From contig JBGQFW010000013.1 of assembly GCA_041497115.1 (NCBI GenBank), positions 1,646 through 65,645 on the forward strand: a stretch of 64,000 nucleotides of DNA. Direction: 5' to 3'. Numbering within the stretch: position 1 is the first letter of the stretch; every line of letters begins with the position of its first letter. The notes below the pieces were generated by a model that was given only the letters and a program-made list of their open reading frames with translations, did no database searches and was not told the DNA's origin. Both the position numbers and the translations under genes were made by a program. This document shows, piece by piece, positions 8,815-16,026 of this stretch. Source of the DNA: Candidatus Methylomirabilia bacterium. Its GTDB lineage: Bacteria > Methylomirabilota > Methylomirabilia > Rokubacteriales > CSP1-6.

Positions 8815-9825
8815 ATCCACGCCCCCGACGCGGCGTGGCTGGCCCGGGCGCCCGTCGAGCCGATCCTCGACCCCGAGCTGCCGATCATCGACACGCACCA
8901 TCACCTGTGGGACCGGCCGGACCATCGCTACCTGCTCGACGAGCTCCTCGCCGACCTGCGCACCGGCCACAACGTCGTCGCCACGGTCTTCGTCGAGTGC
9001 CGCGCGATGTACCGCGCGGGCGGGCCGGTCGAGATGCGGCCGGTGGGCGAGACCGAGTTCGTCGCCGGCATCGCCGCCATGAGCGACAGCGGGCGCTACG
9101 GCCCGGCGCGGATCGCCGCCGGCATCGTGGGCTTCGCCGATCTCACCCTCGGCGACCGGGTCGAGCCCGTGCTGGAGGCGCAGATCCAGGCGGGCGGCGG
9201 CCGCTTCCGCGGCGTGCGCCACGCGGCGGCGTGGGACGCGAGCGACGTGATCGGCAACAGCGCGGTGGCGGGCGGACCGCATCTCATGAAGCGGCCGGAC
9301 TTCCGGGCGGGGCTGGCCCGCCTGGCCGCGCTCGGCCTCTCGCTCGACGCCTGGGTGTTCCACCCGCAGCTCGCCGACGCGATCGACCTCGCCCGTGCGT
9401 TCCCGGCGGCGACGATCGTCGCCGGCCACGTGGGCGGGCCGCTCGGCTACGGGCCGTACGCGGGCCGGCGCGACGAGGTCTTCGCGGCGTGGAAGGCGGG
9501 GATCACCGGGCTGGCCGCGTGCCCGAACGTGGTGATGAAGCTCGGCGGCATGATGATGCGCCTGGCCGCCTACGACTACGGCACGCGGCCGGCGCCGCCG
9601 TCCTCCGCCGAGCTGGCCGACTACTGGCGGCCGTACCTCGAGACCTGCATCGAGCGGTTCGGCCCGGCCCGCTGCATGTTCGAGAGCAACTTCCCGGTGG
9701 ACAAGATGGGCATCGGCTGGGCCACGCTCTGGAACGCGTTCAAGCGGATCGCCGCCGGCGCCTCGGCCGCCGAGAAGCTGGCGCTGTTCAGCGGGACCGC
9801 GCGGCGCGCCTACCGCCTGGACTGA
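8815..9825 (+). CDS. Amidohydrolase-2 family metal-dependent hydrolase; the start codon is unresolved
   Basis: Frame-1 translation reads RIHAPDAAWLARAPVEPILDPELPIIDTHHHLWDRPDHRYLLDELLADL..VFVECRAMYRAGGP. The family-defining HxH metal motif (8893-8901) lies upstream of the first ATG/GTG/TTG in this frame (9007). The only candidates between the in-frame stop (8698-8700) and 9007 are ATC 8791, ATC 8815 and CTG 8839. Confidence 0.7.
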   Translation: MHAPDAAWLARAPVEPILDPELPIIDTHHHLWDRPDHRYLLDELLADLRTGHNVVATVFVECRAMYRAGGPVEMRPVGETEFVAGIAAMSDSGRYGPARIAAGIVGFADLTLGDRVEPVLEAQIQAGGGRFRGVRHAAAWDASDVIGNSAVAGGPHLMKRPDFRAGLARLAALGLSLDAWVFHPQLADAIDLARAFPAATIVAGHVGGPLGYGPYAGRRDEVFAAWKAGITGLAACPNVVMKLGGMMMRLAAYDYGTRPAPPSSAELADYWRPYLETCIERFGPARCMFESNFPVDKMGIGWATLWNAFKRIAAGASAAEKLALFSGTARRAYRLD

Positions 9826-9837
9826 CGGCGGGCGCCC

Positions 9838-10719
9838 TCAGGCGGCCTGGGGCGCGGTGGGGCCGTCGCCGACGAGCGTGGTGCGACGCATGTCGCGCGG
9901 CTCGTGGAGCGGGAAGGGCCGGGCGCGGTGCATGGTCTGGCGGTTGTCCCACATCACGAGGTCGCCGACGCGCCACGCGTGGGCGTAGACGAGCTGGCGC
10001 TGGGTGGCGTGCTCGACGAGGTCGCGCAGGAACGACCGCGCCTCCGGCACCGGCCAGCCGACGATGCCGCCCGCGTGCGACGAGAGGTAGAGGGACCGGC
10101 GCGCGGTGACGGGATGCGCGCGCACCAGCCGCTGGCGCACCGGCGCGAACCGGGCCCGCTCCTCGTCGGTGAAGTCGGTGAAGCCGAGCTGCTGGCGCGA
10201 GAAGATCTGCGAGTGCTCGCAGACCAGGTCCTCGACCTCGGCCCGCGTCTCGGCGTCGAGGGTGTCGTAGGCCGCGACCATGTACGCGAACTCGGTGTTG
10301 CCGCCCCGGGACGGCACGCTGCGCGCGTGCAGCAGCGAGTACTTCGCCGGCACCACCTTGAACGAGCTGTCGGAGTGCCACAGCCGGTTGCCGAGGCCGA
10401 ACAGCCGCCGCCGGTCGTCGCGGGCGAACACCTGCTGGTGCCGGTCGAGATTGGACACGTCGGCGAACGTGGTGGGCAGCCGCAGCTCGTCGGGCGCGCG
10501 CAGGCTCGTGCCGATGGCGTGCTCGATGTCGCCCAGGCTGCGGGTGAAGGCGAGCTGCTGCTCGTCGTCGATCGTCTGGTCGCGGAACACGAGCACGGCG
10601 TAGCGGTCCATGCCGGCGTGGATCGCCGCCACCTCGTCGGGGGACAGCGACCGGGTCAGCTCCACGCCGTACGCCTCGCCGGCGAAGCACGGGCCGATCT
10701 GGCGGATGGTCACGGGCAT
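9838..10719 (-). CDS. TauD/TfdA-family Fe(II)/2-oxoglutarate-dependent dioxygenase
   Basis: This is the C-terminal 293 aa of ORF 9838..11880, from ATG 10719 (MPVTIRQIGPCFAGEAYGVEL). It carries the WHSDSSF iron motif and the distal His in WDNRQTMHRA. Confidence 0.85.
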   Translation of the reverse strand: MPVTIRQIGPCFAGEAYGVELTRSLSPDEVAAIHAGMDRYAVLVFRDQTIDDEQQLAFTRSLGDIEHAIGTSLRAPDELRLPTTFADVSNLDRHQQVFARDDRRRLFGLGNRLWHSDSSFKVVPAKYSLLHARSVPSRGGNTEFAYMVAAYDTLDAETRAEVEDLVCEHSQIFSRQQLGFTDFTDEERARFAPVRQRLVRAHPVTARRSLYLSSHAGGIVGWPVPEARSFLRDLVEHATQRQLVYAHAWRVGDLVMWDNRQTMHRARPFPLHEPRDMRRTTLVGDGPTAPQAA

Positions 10720-10725
10720 GGGGGG

Positions 10726-10739
10726 GATTCTATAGAATC
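10726..10739. promoter_or_regulatory. Perfect 14-bp palindrome GATTCTATAGAATC in a 42-bp divergent intergenic region (candidate operator or shared -10 element)
   Basis: Read directly from the sequence. It is the only AT-rich patch between the tfdA-like start (10719) and the frc-like start (10762). It contains TATAGA on both strands. Confidence 0.35.
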
Positions 10740-10761
10740 TTCGAGGCAAGGGGGGCGAGGA

Positions 10762-11955
10762 ATGAGCCAGGCGCTGAGCGGCATCCGGGTCGTCGATCTC
10801 ACGAACAACCAGGCGGGGCCGTCCTGCGGCCAGATGCTCGCCTGGCTGGGCGCCGACGTCATCAAGGTCGAGGAGCCGGGCCGCGGCGACCCGGCGCGCC
10901 ACATGCTGCGGGACCGGCCGGACGCCGACAGCCTCTTCTACCTCGCCTTCAACGCCAACAAGCGGAGCCTGGCGCTCAATCTCAAGCACCCGCGCGGCGC
11001 CGACGTCTTCCGCGCCCTGCTGAAGACGGCCGACGTGCTGCTCGAGAATTTCGGGCCCGGCGTCATCGACCGCCTCGGCTTCGGCTACGCCGCGCTCCGC
11101 CAGATCAATCCGCGCCTCGTCTCCGCGAGCATCAAGGGGTTCGGCTCCTGGGGCCCGTACGCCGCGTACAAGAGCTACGAGCCGATCGCGCAGGCGATGG
11201 GCGGGGCGATGAGCGTCACCGGACCCGCCGACGGGCCGCCGACGTACATGTGGCCGTCCATCGGCGACTCCGGCACCGGGATGCACTGCGTGATCGGCAT
11301 CCTCGCCGCGCTCATGCAGCGCCACGCCACCGGGCAGGGGCAGCAGGTGGAGGTGTCGATGCAGGACGCCGTCGTCAACCTCATCCGCGTCAGCCTGCGC
11401 GACCACCAGCGGCTCGGCGCGCCGATGGCCCGGACCGGCAACCAGCTCGGCTCGGGCGTGCCGGGGACGACCTACCGCTGCCATCCCGGCGGCCCCAACG
11501 ACTACGTCTTCGTCTTCGTGCAGCAGCAGATGTGGCACCCGCTGCTGCGCGCCATCGGGCGCGACGACCTCATCGGCGACGGGCGCTACGAGACCACCAA
11601 CGCCCGCTGGGACCATCGCGACGAGGTCAACGCCGTCGTCGAGGCGTGGACGGCCAAGCGCGGCAAGCACGAGGTGATGCGGATCCTGGCCGGGGCCGGC
11701 GTCCCCTGCGGCGCCTGCCTGGACACCGGCGAGATCCTGCGCGACCCGCACCTGCGCGCGCGCGACATGATCGTCGAGGTCGAGCACCCCGCGCGCGGGG
11801 GCTACATCACCGTCGGCAACCCGATCAAGCTCTCCGCCTCGCCGACGACGATCGGGCCGTCCCCGCTGCTCGGCCAGCACCGCCGCGAGATCCTCGGCGA
11901 GCTGGGGTACGGCGACGCCGAGATCGCCGCGCTCGCCGAGGACGGCGCGATCTGA
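10762..11955 (+). CDS. frc: Class III CoA-transferase, formyl-CoA transferase (Frc)-like
   Basis: This is the C-terminal 397 aa of ORF 9904..11955, from ATG 10762, with a GGGGGCGAGG Shine-Dalgarno. Sequence MSQALSGIRVVDLTNNQAGPSCGQMLAWLGADVIKVE..ENFGPGVIDRLGF..IGDSGTGMHCVIGILAAL closely parallels the Frc/CaiB family as I recall it. Confidence 0.8.
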   Translation: MSQALSGIRVVDLTNNQAGPSCGQMLAWLGADVIKVEEPGRGDPARHMLRDRPDADSLFYLAFNANKRSLALNLKHPRGADVFRALLKTADVLLENFGPGVIDRLGFGYAALRQINPRLVSASIKGFGSWGPYAAYKSYEPIAQAMGGAMSVTGPADGPPTYMWPSIGDSGTGMHCVIGILAALMQRHATGQGQQVEVSMQDAVVNLIRVSLRDHQRLGAPMARTGNQLGSGVPGTTYRCHPGGPNDYVFVFVQQQMWHPLLRAIGRDDLIGDGRYETTNARWDHRDEVNAVVEAWTAKRGKHEVMRILAGAGVPCGACLDTGEILRDPHLRARDMIVEVEHPARGGYITVGNPIKLSASPTTIGPSPLLGQHRREILGELGYGDAEIAALAEDGAI

Positions 11956-11998
11956 CCGGGCGCGCCCCCGCGCGGGGCGGCCCGGTCCCCGGATCGGC

Positions 11999-12175
11999 TC
12001 AGGCGGTGCGGATCGCCGCCTTCACCTTCGCGAGCGTCGCGGCGTCGATCTGGCTCACGCCGTGATCCCGCCGGGCGTGCTCCGCCGCCTGCTTGAGGAC
12101 CTCCTCCTCGGTCTCCCCGCGCGCCTCGACCGAGCACCCCGGGAACAGCTCACCGCACTTCAGTGACTTCGCCAT
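11999..12175 (-). CDS. DUF1059-family small protein (58 aa)
   Basis: Not in the ORF track because it is under 60 aa. The minus-strand translation is MAKSLKCGELFPGCSVEARGETEEEVLKQAAEHARRDHGVSQIDAATLAKVKAAIRTA. It has a strong Shine-Dalgarno (GAAAGGAGAC). The pattern C...C.FEARGETEEEV...AEHA...HG is the DUF1059 signature. Confidence 0.7.
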   Translation of the reverse strand: MAKSLKCGELFPGCSVEARGETEEEVLKQAAEHARRDHGVSQIDAATLAKVKAAIRTA

Positions 12176-12193
12176 CGTCAGTCTCCTTTCGTC

Positions 12194-12343
12194 TCATTCG
12201 GGACTGGCCATGGCCAGGGCCTGCTCGCGCGTGAGGTCCATCGCGTGCACCTCGCGCGCGTGCCGCTGCGCCTGGGTGACGAGCGACTCGTCGTCGCGCG
12301 CCCGCACCACCGTTCCGCACGGACACTTGATGACCTTGTTCAT
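12194..12343 (-). CDS. DUF1059-like small protein (49 aa)
   Basis: Not in the ORF track. The translation is MNKVIKCPCGTVVRARDDESLVTQAQRHAREVHAMDLTREQALAMASPE, with a GGAGG Shine-Dalgarno 5 nt upstream. It sits 18 nt upstream of the other DUF1059 gene. Confidence 0.6.
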   Translation of the reverse strand: MNKVIKCPCGTVVRARDDESLVTQAQRHAREVHAMDLTREQALAMASPE

Positions 12344-12414
12344 GGCGCCTCCTGCCGGCCGTCCCGCTGCGTGCGATACTGCCTCGGGCGCGTTGTCTGG
12401 AGGTTGCCGGCACC

Positions 12415-13188
12415 TTGGTAAAACATTGGAAGGGCCCGCTGCGACTCTACCTGACCGGCCGCGTCACGCTCGAGCGCGACGGCCGCGCGGTGGACGAGCG
12501 CCGGCTCCCCGGCCGCCAGGGCCGCCGCGCCTTCGCCTACCTGGTCCTGGAGCGCTCCCGCCCGGTGCGGATCGACGAGCTGGCCCTGGCCGTCTGGGGC
12601 ACCGAGGATCCGTCCGGCGCGTGGGCCACCGCGCTGAGCGCGATCGTCAGCAAGCTGCGCGCCGCCCTGCGCACGCTCGGCCTGGACGCGCGGGCCATCA
12701 CGACCGAGTCGGGCTGCTACCGCCTCGCGCTGCCCCCCGACGGCTGGGTGGACGTCGAGAGCGCGCGACGCGCGCTGGACGAGGCCGAGGGGTACGTGCG
12801 CGCGGGCCGGGCCCGCCAGGCGTGGGGGCCGGCGAACGTGGCGGCGTCGGTCGCCGCCCGCCCGTTCCTCGCCGCCGACGACGCCGAGTGGATCACCCGC
12901 GCCCGCGCCGCGCTGCGGGACACGCGGGTGCGCGCGCTCGAGTGCCTGGCCGCTTCGGCCTCGGCGAACGGTGAGCACCCGCTGGCCGCGCAGCTGGCCC
13001 GCGAAGTGGTCGAGCTCGAGCCGTTCCGCGAGACGGGGTGGCAACGGCTGATGCGCGCGCTCGCCGACGGCGGCAACCGCGCAGAGGCGCTCCGGGCCCA
13101 CGCGGAGTGCCGTGACCTGATGGCCAAGGAGCTCGGGGTCGCCCCCTCGCCGGCGACCGAGGCCATCGCCAACGCCCTGCGCGGCTAG
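12415..13188 (+). CDS. SARP/AfsR-family transcriptional regulator (winged-helix OmpR-type DNA-binding domain plus BTAD domain)
   Basis: 257 aa. The N-terminus LRLYLTGRVTLERDGRAVDERRLPGRQGRRAFAYLVL...ELALAVW is a SARP winged helix. The C-terminus EVVELEPFRETGWQRLMRALADGGNRAEALRAHAECRDLMAKELGVAPSPAT is the BTAD signature. Confidence 0.8.
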   Translation: MVKHWKGPLRLYLTGRVTLERDGRAVDERRLPGRQGRRAFAYLVLERSRPVRIDELALAVWGTEDPSGAWATALSAIVSKLRAALRTLGLDARAITTESGCYRLALPPDGWVDVESARRALDEAEGYVRAGRARQAWGPANVAASVAARPFLAADDAEWITRARAALRDTRVRALECLAASASANGEHPLAAQLAREVVELEPFRETGWQRLMRALADGGNRAEALRAHAECRDLMAKELGVAPSPATEAIANALRG

Positions 13189-13198
13189 CCCCCGCGCG

Positions 13199-14203
13199 TC
13201 ACGCGTAGACGTCCTCGTCCACCTGGCTCGCGTCGGGGTACGGCGCGGCGAGCGCGTACTGCACGCCGGTGTCGATCTCCGTCTTCACGTCGCGCTCGAT
13301 GCGCTCGAACACGCTCGCGTCGGCCAGCTTCTGGGCGGTGAGCCGGCCGGCCAGGGTGAGGAGCGGATCGTGCTTCGTCATCCACTCGCGCTCCTCGTCC
13401 TTGCTGCGGTACTCGCGGTTGACGTCGCCGACGTGGTGGCCGTAGTAGCGGTAGGTCTTGCACTCGAGGAAGGCGGGGCCCTCGCCGCGGCGCGCCCGCT
13501 CGACCAGCCGCTTCATGGTCGCGTTGACCGCCTGCACGTCCTGGCCGTCCACGCTCTCGGCGTGGATGCCGAAGGCCCGGGCGCGCCCCAGGATCTCGCC
13601 GGCGATGGTGTCGCCGCACGGCGTGTACTCGCCGTAGAGGTTGTTCTCGCAGACGTAGATCACCGGCAGCTTCCACAGCGACGCCATGTTCATCGCCTCG
13701 TAGAGCAGCCCTTGCCCCAGCGCCCCGTCGCCGAAGAAGCACACCGCCACCTGGTCGGTGCCGCGCATCTGGGCCGAGAGCGCGGCGCCGGTGGCGATGC
13801 CGGCCGAGCCGCCCACGATGGCGTTGGCGCCGAGGTTGCCCGTCTCGGGGTCGGCGATGTGCATCGACCCGCCCTTGCCGCGACAGTAGCCGGACTCCTT
13901 GCCGAGCAGCTCGGCGAACATCCGGTTGACGGCGGCGCCCTTGGCCAGGCAGTGGCCGTGGCCGCGATGGGTGCTGGTGATGATGTCGTCGCGGCGCAGC
14001 GCCTCGCACACCCCGACCGCCACCCCCTCCTCGCCCACGTAGAGGTGGGCGAGCCCCGGCATCTTGGCGCCCTTGTACAGCTCGTTCACCTGCTCCTCGA
14101 AGGCGCGGATCTTCGCCATCTGGCGGTACATGTGCAGGTGCTGCTCCAGCTCCATCCGCGGCTCGACCGTCTGGGTCGCCATGGTCTGTCCCTCGGGGTA
14201 CAT
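13199..14203 (-). CDS. Thiamine-diphosphate-dependent 2-oxoacid dehydrogenase E1 component, alpha subunit (PdhA/AcoA-like)
   Basis: 334 aa. The TPP-binding motif is FFGDGALGQGLLYEAMNMASLWKLPVIYVCENN. GHGHCLAKG and YRYYGHH are also present. An alternative start is ATG 14182 (MATQTVEP). Confidence 0.85.
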   Translation of the reverse strand: MYPEGQTMATQTVEPRMELEQHLHMYRQMAKIRAFEEQVNELYKGAKMPGLAHLYVGEEGVAVGVCEALRRDDIITSTHRGHGHCLAKGAAVNRMFAELLGKESGYCRGKGGSMHIADPETGNLGANAIVGGSAGIATGAALSAQMRGTDQVAVCFFGDGALGQGLLYEAMNMASLWKLPVIYVCENNLYGEYTPCGDTIAGEILGRARAFGIHAESVDGQDVQAVNATMKRLVERARRGEGPAFLECKTYRYYGHHVGDVNREYRSKDEEREWMTKHDPLLTLAGRLTAQKLADASVFERIERDVKTEIDTGVQYALAAPYPDASQVDEDVYA

Positions 14204-14217
14204 CGTAAGATAGTCCG

Positions 14218-15930
14218 GTGAGCCTGCGCATCAAGATCCTCGCCCTCGCCTGCCTGCTCCTCGCCGCGTTCGCGGTGACGACGGCGCTGTCGGCCTCGCT
14301 GATCCGCCGGGTGATGGACGAGATGGGCGGGATCGTGGACTACCACATCGCCCTCACCGGCTTCGTCTCCGAGGTCGACGTGCTGACCTTCGAGTACGAG
14401 CTGAACCTGCGGCGCCTGATCGAGCGGCGCGCCACCGACGCCGAGCAGCTCCGCCGCGCCGCCCAGCGGCAGCGGGTCGTCGCCGACCGGCTGACGGCGA
14501 TCTTCAAGGACGCGCACGCGCTGGTGCAGCGGGCGGTCCACGACGAGCGCAACGACCTGACCGACCGGCTCCAGCTGGCGCGCGTCGACGGCGTCCTCGA
14601 GCTGCTCGGCCGGCAGGTCGGGCCCTTCGTGACCCTCGGCACGGGGGTGATGCAGGCGGTCGAGGCGCGCCGCTTCGACGAGGCGAGCCGGCTGGCCGAG
14701 GGCTTCGCCGGCTTCGAGCAGGCGTTCGGTCCCGACCTCGCGCAGGTGCGCCGGGTCGTCACCGCGCTGAGCGGGACGGCGCTGAGCGCGACGCGCGCGC
14801 AGTCGGCGAGCATCCGCTGGATCAACGCGCTCACGTTCGTGGCGGCGGCGCTGGTGGGGCTCGGCCTCTTCACGGTGCTCGGCTATCGCCTGCACCGCGC
14901 GTTCCGCCGGTTGCTCGACGGCACCCGGCAGGTGGAGGGCGGCCAGCTCGCGGTGGAGGTGCCCGTCACCTCGCGTGACGAGATCGGCCAGCTCACCGGC
15001 GCGTTCAACCGGATGATCGCCGAGCTGCGGTCCAAGGAGCGGATCAAGGACACCTTCGGCAAGTTCGTGGACCCGCGCATCGTGGCGACCCTCCTGGGCG
15101 CGCAGGCGGGGAGCGAGCAGACGGCGGAGCGCCGGGCGGTGACGATCTTCTTCTCCGACATCAAGGGGTTCAGCAGCCTGAGCGAGCAGCTCACCGCCGA
15201 CGTGATGGTGCGCCTGCTCAACGCGTACTTCACCGCGGTGACGCGGGTGATCCGCGAGCAGCACGGGATCGTCGACAAGTACATCGGCGACGCGGTGATG
15301 GCGTTCTGGGCGCCGCCGTTCTCGGTGGGGGACCAGCACGCCGCCGACGCGTGCCTGGCCGCGCTCGCCCAGCAGGCGGCCATCGCCGAGTTCCGGCTCG
15401 CGCTCTCCGACGTGACGGGGCTCCGGCGCAACGTGCCGGAGTTCAAGGTCCGCATGGGGCTGGCCACCGGCGAGGTGGTCATCGGCACGATCGGCTCGGA
15501 GACCACGAAGTCCTACACGGTCATCGGCGACACCGTCAACGTGGCCTCCCGCCTGGAGGGCGCCAACAAGGCGTACGGCACCGCCATCATGGCCGCCGAG
15601 GACACCGTGCGGCTGGCGCAGCACGCCGTCGAGGCCCGGGAGCTCGACCGGCTGATCGTGGCCGGCAAGACCGAGCCGATCCGTGTCTTCGAGCTGCTCG
15701 GGCGGGCCGGCGAGCTGGCCCCCGCCGTGCTCGAGCTGCGCGGCGTCTACGGCGAGGGGCTGGCCGCCTACCGGGAGGCCCGGTGGGACGTCGCCGAGGG
15801 GAAGTTCCGCGAGTGCCTGCGGCTGGTCCCCGACGACGGGCCGGCGCGGACGTTCCTGGCGCGCGTGGCGGTCCTGCGCGCGACGCCGCCCCGCGACTGG
15901 AACGGCGTCTGGGGGCTCGACACCAAGTAG
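14218..15930 (+). CDS. Membrane-bound class III adenylate/guanylate cyclase with a HAMP domain (copy 2, paralog of 2724..4517)
   Basis: 570 aa starting at GTG. It has the same architecture as copy 1: TM, helical sensor region, TM, HAMP (VPVTSRDEIGQLTGAFNRMI) and cyclase core (IFFSDIKGFSSLSE, GDAVMAFWA, GDTVNVASRLE). The C-terminal tail PARTFLARV...DWNGVWGLDTK parallels PARVFLERV...DWNGVWTLTEK in copy 1. Confidence 0.85.
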   Translation: MSLRIKILALACLLLAAFAVTTALSASLIRRVMDEMGGIVDYHIALTGFVSEVDVLTFEYELNLRRLIERRATDAEQLRRAAQRQRVVADRLTAIFKDAHALVQRAVHDERNDLTDRLQLARVDGVLELLGRQVGPFVTLGTGVMQAVEARRFDEASRLAEGFAGFEQAFGPDLAQVRRVVTALSGTALSATRAQSASIRWINALTFVAAALVGLGLFTVLGYRLHRAFRRLLDGTRQVEGGQLAVEVPVTSRDEIGQLTGAFNRMIAELRSKERIKDTFGKFVDPRIVATLLGAQAGSEQTAERRAVTIFFSDIKGFSSLSEQLTADVMVRLLNAYFTAVTRVIREQHGIVDKYIGDAVMAFWAPPFSVGDQHAADACLAALAQQAAIAEFRLALSDVTGLRRNVPEFKVRMGLATGEVVIGTIGSETTKSYTVIGDTVNVASRLEGANKAYGTAIMAAEDTVRLAQHAVEARELDRLIVAGKTEPIRVFELLGRAGELAPAVLELRGVYGEGLAAYREARWDVAEGKFRECLRLVPDDGPARTFLARVAVLRATPPRDWNGVWGLDTK

Positions 15931-16026
15931 GGGGACGTTTGACGCCACCGCGCGTGGCGGATAGGATGAGCGCCGTTCCCGATCGGGCCCGCCCACAAAT
16001 CGAGCATCCCGACGAAGGAGGGTGTC

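Noticed and set aside
8591-9082. Plus-strand ORFs 8591..9082 and 8835..10109 overlapping the FmdB and amidohydrolase genes
   Set aside because: They give Arg/Pro-rich translations without motifs and are out of frame with the clearly recognisable FmdB and amidohydrolase sequences.
15931-16026. The short hairpin GCCAC-CGCGC-GTGGC after the second cyclase gene as a terminator
   Set aside because: It has only a 5-bp stem and no U-tract, which is too weak to call.
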